A stretch of DNA of 64,000 nt from Zygnema circumcarinatum SAG 698-1b. Its lineage: Eukaryota > Plantae > Zygnematophyceae. The stretch is taken from contig CM074814.1 in the NCBI GenBank assembly GCA_037447605.1, positions 744,001-808,000 of the forward strand, given 5' to 3'. The first letter of the stretch is position 1. Each line of letters begins with the position of its first letter. Below are positions 1 through 13,700 of the stretch, one piece after another. The position numbers were made by a program, and so were the translations under genes. The notes below the pieces were generated by a model. It had not been told where the DNA came from. It did no database searches and worked only from the letters and a program-made list of their open reading frames with translations.

Positions 1-120
1 CTGTCACGCCCTGTCCTGTCACGCCCTGTCCTGTCACGCCCTGTCCCATCACGCCCTGTCCTGTCACGACCTTCCCTGTCACGCCCCGTCCTGTCACGCC
101 CTGTCCTGTTTCGCTCTGTC
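1..120. repeat. 15-bp tandem repeat (CTGTCACGCCCTGTC)n, about 8 copies, truncated by the window edge
   Basis: Unit read directly, with a few substitutions in copies 3-8. Confidence 0.9.
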
Positions 121-964
121 ACCGCCTCCATGCCGAATCCTGTTTTTGTCGTTAAATAGGTCATAGCGGGGGTTTCTTTGCGAGTTCTCTATGTTACCGT
201 CATGTGAAACTGGTTCACAGTTCGACGGTCACCAGTTTCCATGCGACGAATCTCCGAAATCCGTCCTTTCCGACCCGCCCAGGCGCTGAGCTCCTGGCGG
301 CGGCGGCCGTTATTTCGGGCCGTTGCCCGGAGGCCGACACTTTTCCCTACGGCCCAAAAACTTTTCGTCGCAATCGCCAAACGTTTTGCGGCAGCCCGGT
401 GGGCAGGGCAGCAGATTTTCCGCGCCAAAGAATCCGATCCGTCCTCTACTTCCCTGGCGCATGCACTTCATGTCTTTTTTTGTAGCAGCCCGTGGCGCTG
501 GGCACCAGGACAAAAACTATTCGACTCTTTCGTCCGTTTCGTCCGTTCCGACAAAAAGAATTCGCTAAGAATCCGGAACCGTTTTGTCGGTCGCCACGTG
601 GCGTCATCATAAGCTGCCATTTGGCCTCCCTGGGTCCACCTTGTCGCTTTCTTCACTTGCCACTTGGCATCCTTGGACGAACTCACCAAAATTAAGCCAA
701 TGGTAGAATGACACGTCAAAAAACGACTGCCACGTCCGCTTGCATCCAAATTCTAGAGAGGGTCAAATTGTGCCAATGGGTGTCGGCGCGGCGGATGGCC
801 AGCCAGATCATGACACGTGTTGGGGGCCCAAGTGGGCAGCGGCTGAAACTTTTCGCTGGCGCCAAAAGCGGGCGGTGGGCCCGTGGGAAGGCGCCAGAGA
901 GGCGGGCGGAGGGTGCCGCGGGCAGCTGAGAAATTTTGTTTGCTTTTGTCGGACTTAGCTGCGT

Positions 965-1760
965 CGCCCGGCGGCGGAGGGAGGGAGGGAGGGAAGGGGG
1001 GAGAGAGAGAGGGGGGAAAGAGAGGAGGGGGAAGCGATGGGGGCGGGCCATGGGGACGGGACGGTGTGGAGGCGAGCGGTGGTTTTTGCGCTTGTCGCGG
1101 TTTTGGAGTTTGTGCGGCGTAGCGAGGCGGAGGAGGCCGTGACGCATCGCTACGTGCTGCGGGTGAGGGGGAGGGGGAGGGGGGGAGGGAGAGGGGGAGG
1201 GAGAGGGGTAGGGGGGGAGGGAGAGGGTGAGAGGGGGAGGGNNNNNNNNNNTAGGGGGGGAGGGAGAGGGTGAGAGGGGGAGGGAGATGGGGAGGGAGAG
1301 GTGGAGGGGAGAGGGAGAGGTGGAGGGGGGGAGGGAGAGGTGGAGGGGGAGGGAGGAGGCGAGGGAGAGGGGGAGGGAGGGGAAGGGGAGATATGGGGTT
1401 TAGGGATGGGTATGGGAAGAAATTAGGTTTGGGAAAGGTGATGGAGGGACGGTGGGGGGGATGGGGAGGAGGAAGCAAGAAGAATGAGAGTAAAGTGGTG
1501 GGAGGGAGGGAGGGGGGAAGACAGAAAGGGAGTGAGCATGAGAGAGAGGAGAAAGGAAAAACCGTGAGTGGGAGATTGAGGAAAGAGATGGAGAGCTGGA
1601 TTTGGAAGAGAGGAAGGGAGAATCGGTTGTGAGAGAGAGAGACGGAGAGGAGAGGGCAGGAGGTGATTCACATAAGTGTGGGATATTGAGGGAAAGGTGG
1701 TGAGATGGGAGAGTGCAGAGAGCGAGCTTGCGTGTGAGAGAGAGATGGAGGGACGATATT
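965..1760. repeat. Polypurine (G/A-rich) low-complexity tract spanning a 10-N gap at 1242-1251
   Basis: Almost pure G/A runs on the + strand; overlapping Pro/Leu/Ser- or Gly/Arg-rich ORFs are compositional artefacts. Confidence 0.85.
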
Positions 1761-4419
1761 CTAATTTTCCATTCCATGCAGCACCCAAAATTCTCGTTCT
1801 CACAGATTCATGCGGTTTCTCTGTGAAGAACCAACTAACAGTTTCAGTTTAACTGAGGCGATGCAGGCACATGTGCAGCCTGTGGACTCCATCTGTCTAA
1901 AGAACCAACAAGAGCAGTCTCCCATCGGGTTCGGAAATGCCGACATGTTTCTCGTTGGACAAAAGGATGCCATGAACGGTGAAATTTTAACCCTTTCCAG
2001 GAAAATACTCACATTTCGATTTCAAAAGGCATTTCAGCATGCCACTCTCGTCTCTCACTCTCTCCCTCTCGTTCTCTCTCTCTCTCTCCCTTTCCCTCGC
2101 GCTCTCTCTCTCTCTCTATATATTTCTCTCTCTCTCACACACTCTCTCTCTCTCTCCCTCCTCCCATCCCCCCCACCCGTCCTACCTCGCCCTCCCCCCT
2201 TGCGTTTCCTAACCTTCTTCCTGTCTTTGAATTGTTGAGCAGATGGAAGCGTTCTATGTGCGAGCAGGACCGTATTCCTCGCCTGGTGGGGATCGAACTC
2301 GTTCATTGAACTCACGGAGCCGTACTCCTACGCCGCCTACCACGCGTGGGAAGTTTCGGTCTGGAAAAAGCATCGCCCCCTCGACACAGTCAGCCTTTAC
2401 ATCACCAACGAGTCACCTTCAGCAGTTTCCGTTAACGCTAACGGATCTCCGTACACTGTCGAAGGCAACCAAGATGCTATTGGGCAGCTCGTGGTATGCT
2501 GAAGATCTTTTCCCAATTAAGCTTTCTTTCTGGGTCTGGAATGTAAATCGGAGGAAGTGAGTTGCGACGAGAGTGAATTAATCCTTTCTTTGTGTGTTTT
2601 TTCTTTTGGGTTCAGGGTCCGAGCATGGACTTTGCATATAACTTCTCGTCAATGCCGATGGTCCACTCGTTCTTTGCCAACACATGGGGAAACTGGACCC
2701 GAAAAAAAGACCCAAAAAGTAATTTCTTTGCAGCAGTACTTGCGCACCCTATCATGGAGGATGGGAGCGCCACTCTCGTCTCCTACCTCTTCTATACTCC
2801 CTCCCCCAACAGGAAGAAAATCCGCTTCTATGTGTATGAGGCGACCTTTTACGAGCCGGAATTCGAGATGCGGAGGAGAATGGCCCGCCGGCTCCTTCAG
2901 TATTATGAAAGCCCTCTGGGAGAGGCCCCTGCAGGCAGTCCTGCCGCTGCCCCTGAATCGCCCAATAATGAAACTTCTACTACTACTGCTACGGGAGCCT
3001 GTCCAAGAGGCTTCTGCATTAGAAGGATTCGCCTTGCTCGCACTTGCAGGAGAGGGTATCGAATATGGCCGGCGTGTCTCTACATTTGCATCTGTCGATG
3101 ATGATACCCTCCAACACATCTTTCTGTTTCTCTATTTATATATATTCTCTCCCTCTCGCTGTCGCTATAGGTGCAGCATGAGGGAGCATTGTAGGATGTT
3201 TGTAAGGAGGTAGGAGGGGGTATGGAGGTAGAAAAGGCAGACGAGATAGGAGGGATTGCGAGTGGATTTGACGATTTTTGGGGAGAGTGGGCTGGTTAGG
3301 ACTGAAATGTTTCGCTATATAGCACTGCACCGGGAGTCAACAGCAGCTGAACCTGCAGAGGATCGAGGATCTCTTCACTCCCTAGTGAATAAAGAGAATG
3401 GAGGCGGTAGGCTGAGAAATTGGGGCAGCGGAGCGGCCGAAGTTGTGATGGTGGAGGGAGAGAGGGAGAGCGGCGCTGTTGACAGCTGGTGCAGTGCACA
3501 TGATTTGTTATTACTTTCTTGGAGGCTCTCGGGAGGCCATAAGCCTGCTGAGTAGCTCGTTAACTTAGCGCTTATGTAATTCTATAGCAAGGGGTAGCAG
3601 TATGTACGAGAGGGCATTAATGCTATTGATGTAAGCTCTCGCTCGCTGTACAATAATAGAGCGAGTGCTGCGGAGGGTACTTAATTTAAGACTGCTGTAA
3701 CTGCAGCTACAGGTTTGAAGTATGCAAAGAGAATGCTTTCCATATGATGGAGCTCACTGTCTGCAGAGGGGCTGCAGAGGGGTGGAGATGTATGGGATGG
3801 TTTTTCTTAAGCTTGCTGTGGATGGGTCCATGTTGGGGGCCATGTGTTGTGAGGGACATGCTATGGGGTAATAATTTGAATTTTGATCGCCTCTTGCTTT
3901 CTTCTGTGCTCGAATCTCACTTGGATCATCGCGCCTGACGCTATTGATTTTGAACCCCATGTACCTCCCAAGCTTCATCCAAACAATGCCACGTCTGCAT
4001 TTTTCTGAAGTGGTGTCATGTGATTGGTGGTTACCATTCAAGGGTTCATCTTCTCTTTGGCGTTTAACTTCCCTCTGGCTGAGCCAACAACCAGCATCGA
4101 ACAAGTACTTCGTTATGGTTGCATCTGGAAGCTCATTGTTGGCTGCCCTGAAAATCGTGGAATGCTTAATGCAAAGTGCCGTGGACCAGAGGGACCCGGT
4201 GCAAGAATGATTTTCCGAACAAGAATCAAGATTGCAGTGACAAGGGCAAGGATCAAGATCAAGAAACCATTTTCAAAAATGAATTGATACTTTAGCAGTC
4301 TTGCACGTAGGAACATTCTGTACAAATAAATCAATCTCTCTCAATCTCTCTCTCTCTCGCTCTCTCTCTCTCAGCCACTACTCGTACTTTTCCCGCATGC
4401 ACCATGTCCACAAAGCTGT

Positions 4420-7400
4420 CTACACGCCAGAGAACACGCGAGGTGGGTGATTTGCAGACATTAACAGCAGGCGATCCCCAGCTCCATCGAAGGACGCGCA
4501 GGCGAGTCCTCCCCGGTGGTCGTCTCCCAGCACGGCAGTGGGAGGGCGGGACTCTCCCTCTCCCTCCCCTGCTCTGCACTGCGAATTGCTCTCCTTCTCA
4601 TCAAAAACGAAAAGGCCGCCAGGGTGCACTCCAAAGACTTTCCCATATCCTGCCCAGAGCTGAGTGACAGGTCCGGTGCAGGTTGGCACTGCCCTCTCCT
4701 CAGCCATGGGGAAGCACTCCAGAAGATTGCCGGTCTGACAGCTCCACTTCTGCAGAAACAAGCAGCGAGGTGTTCAGATTTGAAATGTACGGAAGTGAAC
4801 TCGTGTGTATTCTTACCCCTCCACTGCCTAGTAGGTTGTTCAACACGATTAAAGGATCTGAAACCTCTCCCTTGCTCGCTCCCTCTCTCTCTTTCGATAT
4901 AGGCTGCACATCTCTGGTCGTCCGTAGGAGCGCTCGAGGAAAATGACTAGGGAGGCGAGCTTACCAAGATTCGCGTATGCTCGAGTCGGGCTGTGCCCTG
5001 CACTCCTGCGTACAAGTAATCACTGTCCAGGAACAAGATATCTGCATTTCAAAAGAGGAACACAGAAGATGAAGGTTGAGATATAGCCGAGTTTGCTTTG
5101 ATATAGCTTCCAACCGCTGTTCTGCAATCCAGCATTACATTGGAGATGCTCGCTAAATCGAGGCATCAACTGCGAGCGTGGTTCTGCAGCGTGGAAGGAA
5201 AATCCAGGAAACCAGAAACTAGGCAGAACCTTTCCTCTTTCGAGGGCTATGACCTTACCAGGTGGATGAAACTGGTTGTGTGGTATCCGTAGCTTCACAG
5301 AGTCGGGTAGGTGCCAGTTCACCAAGTAAAGGGCCACCTCCGTGGAAAAGGCAAGGCTGCAATCTGACCTGGAAGTTGAAAATAAGGGTCACAATACAAA
5401 CGAGAAAGCATTAGCCAGAACTTCACCACGACCAGGCTTGTCTGAAAAAAAAGGGAGGGAACCGGGCAGCAGCTGTCCTGGACAGTTGTCAAGAACCACA
5501 TGGATCACAAATCACATTAGTTTGCCAAAATTAAAATACTTTGCGATGCATAAGTGACTGAAGGGTTGCTCACCAAGATTGTCCTCTTTGGTTGCTCGAA
5601 CTCTCCGCCTCCACGCAAGCCATGGCTGTAATCTTTTCAGTGCCGGCTTCGGGCAAAGGTATGGACTTCACCAGTCTCGCCTTCCCGCCGCTTGTATCCC
5701 ACAATTCTACCGCCCCTTCTTCTGCCACAGCCAGCTTTCTCCGCTCAATCCATTGAATGGGGCTCGAATACTTCAAACCCTCTATCGGACGGTTTAATTG
5801 GAGCCTCAACAGTACTTGACCATCCCTAACATCAACTAGCTGGATGGTTCGTTTCCCTGCTGAAGCTACAGCTAGAATAGGGCCAGAAGGTCGAGCCCAC
5901 CATAGCCTTCTCTGCACATCTTTCCAGCTCGTGTATGTCTCGTCCACCTCATTTCTTAAACTTGTTGGAGCAGAAACCTCGTCCATGGATTCTCTTGAAC
6001 CTCTTTCAACATCTCCATTGTTTACGTCAGTGCCAACCTCTTGCTTATGGATCTCCATTGCCCTTAATATCTCTAGCAAATAACCTTCATGGCTCACTAC
6101 TTTAGTCGCCTCACTATCATCCGGCAACTCATTTAAGTCCATCCTCTCAACCTCTTGAGAGGGCGTTCTTGGCTGTACAAGAGAGTCTCCTACGGATTCA
6201 ATTTCTAAGTCACTACCAGCCCAGCAGCCTACCGTTGCTCCAGTCTCAAAATTCCAAGAGTAAAATGCAGGGCTATCTCTTGAAACTACAATGACAATGG
6301 GCATGTCTTCACTATCATGCCACTGGGTACTCAAAAGCCAGCAGCCTCCCGGGCAACCAAGATTGAAGTTTTCGGGAATCACAAATTGGCATTTTTTCTG
6401 TACAGCACAGAAGCAAGGAGGTTGGTAGAAAACAGAATCAGAATTGAACGATGATGAATACAAGAAACAATGGCACTTGAAACAGAGACAAAAAAGGCTG
6501 ACATAGTTCAATCGAACATCAGTCGCACGGCAAGAAATAAGATTGTTTCATTTACAACTATTGGAAAGTTGATTGCTCAGAAAAAGCCACAACAACAACA
6601 ATAACCAGCGGCGCGGGAGTGTAATAAAGGCAAGACAGCTGGAAACGTTCAAAGGCGTAAGAATAGCAATGGTGATAGCCTGGCTGTTAGAACTTATTCA
6701 GACTGATAAAGAGACAGATGACAAACAATAATTTGAAAAATTGAACATGTCAAACCAAGTGGAGAGGAACATATAACAAAGGTAAGCTCTCTCCCAATAC
6801 CTTCCAGCTGACAGCATCATAGAATCGGCAAACCCCATCAACTCCAGCTAGCAACAGTCCCGCGCCTCCATCCACAAAACAGCCCACGGGGGCAGAAATT
6901 TCACTGATTGCGAGAGGATGCATGTCATTGAGTTGGCTGATGACATCGCTGCTTGATGATGGCTCATCACTTTCACTCGAATTTTCCGTATCCGCGTCAG
7001 AGGAAACCAGTGGCGAAGCCTCCTCTGGTGAAGACGTATCTGAGCAATCGTTGTTGCTTTTTGCATCGATGCAATCAGCGCCAACTCCATTATCGCCACA
7101 CATATCATCCTCTCCAAAGTACTGACGTCGGGAGGGTCCGTCGTCTGACTCGTCGTCTTCCCCTTGCATATCTACATAAGGAGTCCACGAATCTGCCTGA
7201 AGATGGGGAAAACCTAGTTTTTTGGAATCCATAGCAGATTCTGAGGAGCTCCTTGAGAAGCTCCCTAAGTTACAAGCGGGAGCTATTTCTTCCACTGCTT
7301 CTTGCCTGGAAGCGAATGCAGATTCGGACTGAAATGTTGTTACAGGTACAGGAGCCTTTTGTAACTCGCCTGAACCCGAAGCCAGAATTGAAGTTATCAT

Positions 7401-8652
7401 TAGCACCGCATTCCCTCGATTCTTCACACTCATCATCTAAACAAGACACTTAACATACTGCCGTCATGCGAAAAATTGTCCCTGAACGGATATTTCTCCC
7501 ATTCCCCCTAACGAGACTATTCTGCTCTAAAGCTTTTTCAAGGTCGTTAAAGTTACCTGTTTTTGCTGCGCCCTCCACCTCTGTTTCTTTATCCCCAATG
7601 ATGTCTTTTTCAACGACATTAGCCGCAGTTTCCTGGAAAGCTTCCAACTGCAAAATCGAGCATGGAGAATCGCGATAAGAAGAGAGAGAGGCGATGAGCA
7701 CAAATAAGTTAGCGAATAAAGCATGTCCATTTCTTTCATAGTTGATACGCTTAAATACTGTAAACTATTTGCACCAAGAAATACGAAGGTAAACAAGACA
7801 GTTTAGGCCAATGGACAATCAATAGGACTTGCCCATATCAAAAAGCTGAAGTTCAAAACTTCCACTAACCTGCAATTCTTCATTTGCATCAGAAGAGTAC
7901 TTCACATAGTTCATATGAGTATCTTCTGCTTCATGCTCAACGGTATAAGCTGGAAGCGCAGCTGCAAGAAGCGCTGCTGTTCTTTCGTTGCCACGACAGG
8001 TATCTCCTTCACAATCGCCGGAATCCTCGATTTGAAGCGCTTTTTCTCGAGCATTTCTAAGAATTTCATCCACTCGACATTGGACGTTCATGAGCCTCAC
8101 TTCCATCTCAACGCGAAGCGCTTTATTGTGCGTCACAGCTTGCTGCTGCACTTCTTCCATCTTCTGTCTGACATGCTCCTCAATCTGAGAGAGAGTTGCA
8201 AACCACACTCTTTCAAGCTCCATTGAAACAGCCTGGTCGCGGCTTCGAATCTCAGCAATCTGCCTACAAATGTCACTCTTCACCGTCGCCAGCTTCGTTG
8301 AAGTCATCTCTTCCACCATCCCTGACAACCGCATCTCCACCTCCTCCATTCTGGAATCTGCAAACGTTTGAATGGCTGCTAAAGTGGTGCAAGTGCGACG
8401 CCGACCTTCCGAAAGAGTTTCGACGTTGCATTTTTCTCCATGATTCGTTTGCGAAGGAGGAAAAGCGTAAGTTCTGCTTCGATTACTACGTACAAGAGAA
8501 ACAACCGCGCTCCTTGGCCTCTTCTTGGCTGGAGATCCTGGTGGAGAAGAATCAGAACTCCGAATTTGCCGTCTTTGTTGCTTCGTGGAGCTGGCAGATA
8601 GCCTCTCTTCTCGCTCACATTCCCTCCGCCTCTTCTCCTGTTCCACCTCCAT
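4420..8652 (-). CDS. KIN14B-interacting protein At4g14310-like (coiled-coil N-terminus, beta-propeller-like C-terminus), multi-exon
   Basis: Exon peptides match recalled At4g14310 motifs in order: SQLNDM..GCFVDGGAGLLLAGVDGVCRFYDAV, LWWARPSGPILAVA..IQLVDVRDGQVLL..YSSPIQWIERRKLAVAE, GPVTQLWAG..GGLFVFD, SFDGAGDRLLLMSANHPP; stop at 4420. Start (ATG 8652 in ORF 7819-8679) is uncertain. Confidence 0.75.
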
Positions 8653-8998
8653 CTTCTCTCCCTGCTTCCTCCTTGACAAGGCAGCTACAAACCGTGTTCA
8701 AGTGCAGAAAAACTAACCAAGACAGCCAGCTGCTTCTCCTTACACACCACCTGCCTCCCCTATGCCGCCACAGGGAAGGAAATTCCCCTCTTATCCTCCA
8801 GACTGAGCCCCTCCGCCATGGCTCCCCTCCCTCCATCCTGCCTCGCCAAAAAAACCAAAATTTGGAGTTCAGGCGCTTCTTTCTTCAGGCGCGTACTTTC
8901 AATTTTTTGAAAATTTGAATCCGCAAAAAGTGGCTTTCTGCGCCCGAGCACAAAAACTCGAAGTCCGAAAACTCCCGCTCGCAGCGGAAACGGGAGTT

Positions 8999-9006
8999 GC
9001 GGGAAA
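8999..9006 (-). promoter_or_regulatory. E2F-type site TTTCCCGC upstream of the At4g14310-like gene
   Basis: gcgggaaa on the + strand about 350 bp upstream of the putative start; motif match only. Confidence 0.3.
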
Positions 9007-9288
9007 GCGGATCCATGCGCGGGTAGTTCCGTAAAGCGTTTTTTGTTAAAGCGAGCAGGGAGCTGTGGGCCTCCACGGTTATGTGCTGGTTTGTCTCGAG
9101 CAAAGTCAGGTTGACTTTAAGGCGAGCGAAAGCAAACAAAGTAATGTGTATGTACAGAAAGAAACAAATGCTTTTGTTGGGCGAGAAACATGACTTTATT
9201 GAGGTCTCACTTTGGCCAGCCATTCCATGGGCTTCATGGATCAGCCGACAGGCATTTTTTCTTTTGTGCTTAGGTCCTTTGCGAACAG

Positions 9289-9364
9289 TTCCTCGTGGTT
9301 CCCCATGCTGATTTTGTCCCTGTACATTTGATGGCCTCGCCATTGTGAGATCAATGCCACTTCC
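9289..9364. repeat. Dispersed repeat fragment shared with 59021-59071 and, more diverged, 18911-18985
   Basis: 44-bp identity tgtacatttgatggcctcgccattgtgagatcaatgccacttcc at 9321-9364 and 59028-59071; ttcctcgtggttccc(c)atg shared with 18.9 kb. Confidence 0.75.
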
Positions 9365-10086
9365 GTTCTCATTTTTTAAACGAATATGCGCCTTTCCTGT
9401 TACCGGTATGTTCACCTCTCTGCATAAAATGCGTTTCCCAACATGTCCGCAGTACGATTTTTTTCCGGAGACGCTTCGTTTTACCACAGAAAGAGCTCTA
9501 CGCCCTCATCAGAAGGTGAATGAGCAAGTACAGGATCAGCAGCGCACTGCTTTTTCGCACCTAAGCAAGACTCGCACCAATGTTTTCCTGGCCCCTTTGG
9601 ATGCGTGAGGTTATACTTCCAAAGCATGTCACCGGTAGGACACAACTTCCCAACCGAACCATGCATCTTCATAGTTTGTCAAAACCATGGCGAATATGCC
9701 ATGGTATCCTTCTGTATGGCAAATAGAGTATTCCTTCCCCTAATGAGATAAGCCTCACTCATTAACCATCCTTGTAGTCCACTCCACAAAGTTACAATGC
9801 ACTTCTCTCTGCACCACTACACCTAATTCTCCTCTCAAACTTATGCGTTAAGTTGTCCTGTTCTAGGCGCGACATACAGATGCGGCCCATCAGTCAAGGA
9901 GAGACCGATGGTCGGAATTCGTTCAACATTTGGTACATACCCGTAAATAGCAAATAAATCTTTATGTACACGGTCAGCTCGCCTACATCACTCGCCTACA
10001 TCACTAGCTGATAAGATCAACTACATCGTAACAGTGTCAAAAGTACACCATTCTGAATACATACAGTAGTAAAACACATGAAACCA

Positions 10087-13004
10087 CTAATACCGCCGAG
10101 AAATTCGAGGCATTCGGTTCTGATCCCTCTGCTCGTGATATATCCTCAAAATTACTGCAGCCGTCTCCTCAATGGCTTTCCCCGTCACATCTGGCAGGTC
10201 CCACAGTGACAAGGTCAACAAGACATCAACTCTGAAGCACAAAGTTTCCAACAAGGGAGAGAGGCAACCACTAGTTTTCGCTTAAAAACCACCCCTAAAA
10301 AACCAAAAGCCACCCCTGTTCTTTGCGACAGCTTCAAGTTGAGTCAACTCACCAATAACGGCCCAGCTCGGATTCTCTCGGAAGAGACGGCTGCTACATT
10401 CCAGCTCTTCTCGAATGTGCTCAGAGTCATGATACCTCGGAGATTGCTTAGAGAATTCGCTTGACTTTGCCTGAGTGGGCAGTGCATGGAGACCCAAGTG
10501 GTCATAACGAGCACTTCGGATGGTTCGCAAGGTCGTTGGGTTTATTGTCAGTCCAAATATTTTGTTCTGGTCGTTTTCAAAGAGCTCATTCGGCGGAGGG
10601 ATTCCTAATACAAGAGGTACGTTTGCCACCTGACGAGAAATCACAGAATAACATGCTCAGAATACCTTCACTAAAGGACCGGGAAGAGACGAGAGAGTTT
10701 AAAAGCATGTTCTGTTTAATGAATGCATATAATATGGGGACAGAAGGTGAGATACGAAGTACCAAGAAAACGAGCTGTCTAGACCAAAGAAAGGAATCTT
10801 AACCTCAGGTGCTTATATACAAGTCAGCAGTGCCGAAAGTAGGTACTTAAGTCATAACATAGATAATTTCATCACTTACTTTATAGCCCTTCTGGGCGAG
10901 GTACGTGGAAAGTGGCGTCTTGGATGTGCGAGATACACCCACAAGCACGATATCCGCCTGGCCAATGTTTCGCAAAAGAGCGCCGTCATCTTGCCTGTCA
11001 CTTACCCAACTTGTCAATTATTCAGAGGAATAATGGATGCATATTTAATCGCCATAGCACAACAATACATTTTCAACAATGAAATAATTGCATTAGGAGT
11101 AGCCATTGAGGGAACCTTTCTGATATTCAGTAATGACTTTCTCGCAATCAGCAGTTTTCTCAGAGAATTCAAGCATCTACATGCTTCAGGACATCCTGAC
11201 TCAAACGAGGGACAAGTATTTACAAAGCTGAATGCAAAGTTGAACCTGGAACTAACTGAGAGTACCTGATAGTAAACTCCACTGCTTCAATGCGCTTATA
11301 GTACTGCTGAGAAAGTGTTGACTTTCTGCCAGGAGCTCCCCTGCGCATAGGAGATGCAACAATTGAGTATTTCCACATTCAAATGTTGCCATAAACAGTA
11401 TTTAAGGTTAGTTTAGGATTAACCTTGGAAGGCCCATCGGTGTGGCGCCAAGATGCCCTTGCACTGCTGCGATGAGAGGGGCCATCATATCCACAAAGGG
11501 CACATCCATCAGCTGACAAAATTTCACGGCAGCGTCCCGCATACTTGGCTCAGCCAACGTGTACACCACCAGCGAATGAGAATCTTCGCCTGCAGTTCTG
11601 ATTATATGAAGCAATTTCTCTATATCATTCACCTGCAAAAGTACGTGACGGCCCAAGGGCAGGCGGTTAAGAGTTCTTCATGAGCCACATATATCGTTTT
11701 TCATGATAAGCAGGACTAGACGGAAGCGCTAACATAATTTTCCTTAACCGTATCGTAGTGATTGCAGCCTGCTGCTTAGCTACGGCATTGAGTAGGTCCT
11801 TAGAATTTTACTGGAAACAGTCAGACTGCTGTATACAATCTTCTGTCGCATGACGACCATGGAGGAGGCTCTCATACATCTGAATAGAGGTGAGTGTGAA
11901 CTGGACATCCTCGATCCACAAAGCAGTGTTCAAATTGTCCAAGAGCCGCTTGGACCGCGTTATCTGCTGTCCATCCTGTACCATCTGATACAATGTAAAT
12001 TCCCTTGGACTGAACGTTGCTGTCGATGTTAACCTCCTGAAAATGTGAGCCACTCTCTAATTCTCTCTTTGGGGCATAATCGCCGAAAGCCACATCCCTG
12101 CAAAAAAATTGCCCCTGAAACTTTTCTCCTCAAAAAGAAAAGAAGAAGGGCATCATCCACGTCAAGAGTTACACCTCCACTTTTGGCAACAGTTTCTTAT
12201 AACAAGCATTTCAATAGCACCTTCGTTTAGGAATTACACAGGAAATTCTAGAATAATCACGATGATGAAGGCAATTCAGCTTCTCTGGAGGCTTACTGTG
12301 CTGGCCTGCGTCACAAAGGTTCCCACCTTACTGGCTCCAGTTGTTCTTCCAATGACTCCGAATCCAATTTTTGCTGCACATTCAGTTGTATGCGGCTTAG
12401 AAAAAGCAGACTGCCTATGACTTATTCTAGCATGCCATTCTTGGCTTGGCGGGTAACGCATGTTGAAATGGAAACATACTTCTAACTCAAGCCATCCTCT
12501 TGGAGCAAACAAAGTGATTTTTTCCTAATGGATGCATGTTCATGTGGTCCTCCATGGAACCTTTGACGAAAGAAAGTGGGAGGTCGCTCAGGTAGCAATC
12601 ATGACCCGAGCTTGGTTTAAGGAATAAACTACCTCAATTGTTGGTAGTTTTGTAGAAGCTCCCGAACGCAGCTGCCGAACCCTAGCCCAGCGGTTCAATT
12701 TTGCGCTTCCAATGCTTTTCTGAACGGAAGGAGGCGCATGCTCCTCTTCGCTCTCATCGACAGCGGCACTCTTGCTCACCACTGAGAGAGAAACTGAAAC
12801 TTTGGCTTCTGAATGCGTTCGTTTAAGGCTAGCAGCATGTATGACATGGACAGCTCCTCCATTCCTTCTGAGAGAATGGAGGTGTAATGGCTTGCGGAAA
12901 CTGCCACTTGTATGCTCCCTTGAGTTCATTCCCTCCCATGGCAGCTCAGGGCAGAAACCAACGATATTCCTGCTGCGCACCGTCGTCAAGCTCACAAAGC
13001 CCAT
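10087..13004 (-). CDS. RP1: Pyruvate,phosphate dikinase regulatory protein (PPDK kinase/phosphotransferase) with plastid transit peptide, multi-exon
   Basis: [84 protein letters not shown], last exon [33 protein letters not shown] (TAG 10087-10089). Confidence 0.95.
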
Positions 13005-13467
13005 TGATATTTTTAAAAACGAGGAGAGGAAGTATTTGTTTTATATTACAAGAGGCTAAGAAACACAACAGGCGGCGTAAAATGTTGACATATTAACAAT
13101 TTCCTGACTGGCCAGGAGCTGTTCGTGCAGGTGCTTGAGTTCCCTCCGTGCAGATCGCCCTCGTTGGCAGTTGCGGACAACAATCATAGCTGAAGGAAGC
13201 AATTTACCCTGCGATTGCTAATGCACAAGTTCAATTAAAATATGAAAGAGGATGGTTTCAGTGCGCATACATTCAAAAACAAAAGTCTGAAAATGTTATC
13301 GAGACAACTGCTGCACTTCCGCTGGTATGGACTCTTCACAAATTACCCAAAGCAAGCACAAGCCCTTGATAAAGTCATACATCATGTCTTTATCTAATGT
13401 TGAGACCTCCATAAAGTCAGGTAAGTGGACGACCAAGGCCACCCTAAGTACTGTACTGGGGTCTGGG

Positions 13468-13700
13468 CTAGGTTTGACGGACGTATCGGAAAATACCGGC
13501 TTGCATTTCGATATATCGTACGGTTATTTCATGAATATCTAGATATCGGTGGAGAGATACTGAAAATATACATATCGAAATATCGATGGAGCTATAGTGA
13601 AAATATCGGTTTCGAGATATCGTTGAAATTTACTGAAATATCGATATTGGAATATCGTCTAAGCTATACTGAGAATATTGGTTATCCGTACAGGAATTTA
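13468..13700. mobile_element. Non-autonomous DNA transposon remnant with repeated ATATCG subterminal-type motifs
   Basis: About nine TATCG/ATATCG motifs in 200 bp between RP1 and FIGL1; no matching second end or TSD identified. Confidence 0.45.

Noticed and set aside
716-1803. Long Pro/Leu/Ser- and Gly/Arg-rich ORFs, also at 22.8-23.3 kb and 24.0-24.6 kb
   Set aside because: Products of purine/pyrimidine low-complexity tracts that lack stop codons
9481-9672. Cys-rich peptide (HWCESCLGAKKQC) as a copia pre-integrase remnant
   Set aside because: Too short, with no flanking integrase or LTR evidence
13327-13416. Short exon-like block as the first FIGL1 exon
   Set aside because: No similarity to the FIGL1 N-terminus, separated by a transposon remnant, and the phase cannot be verified
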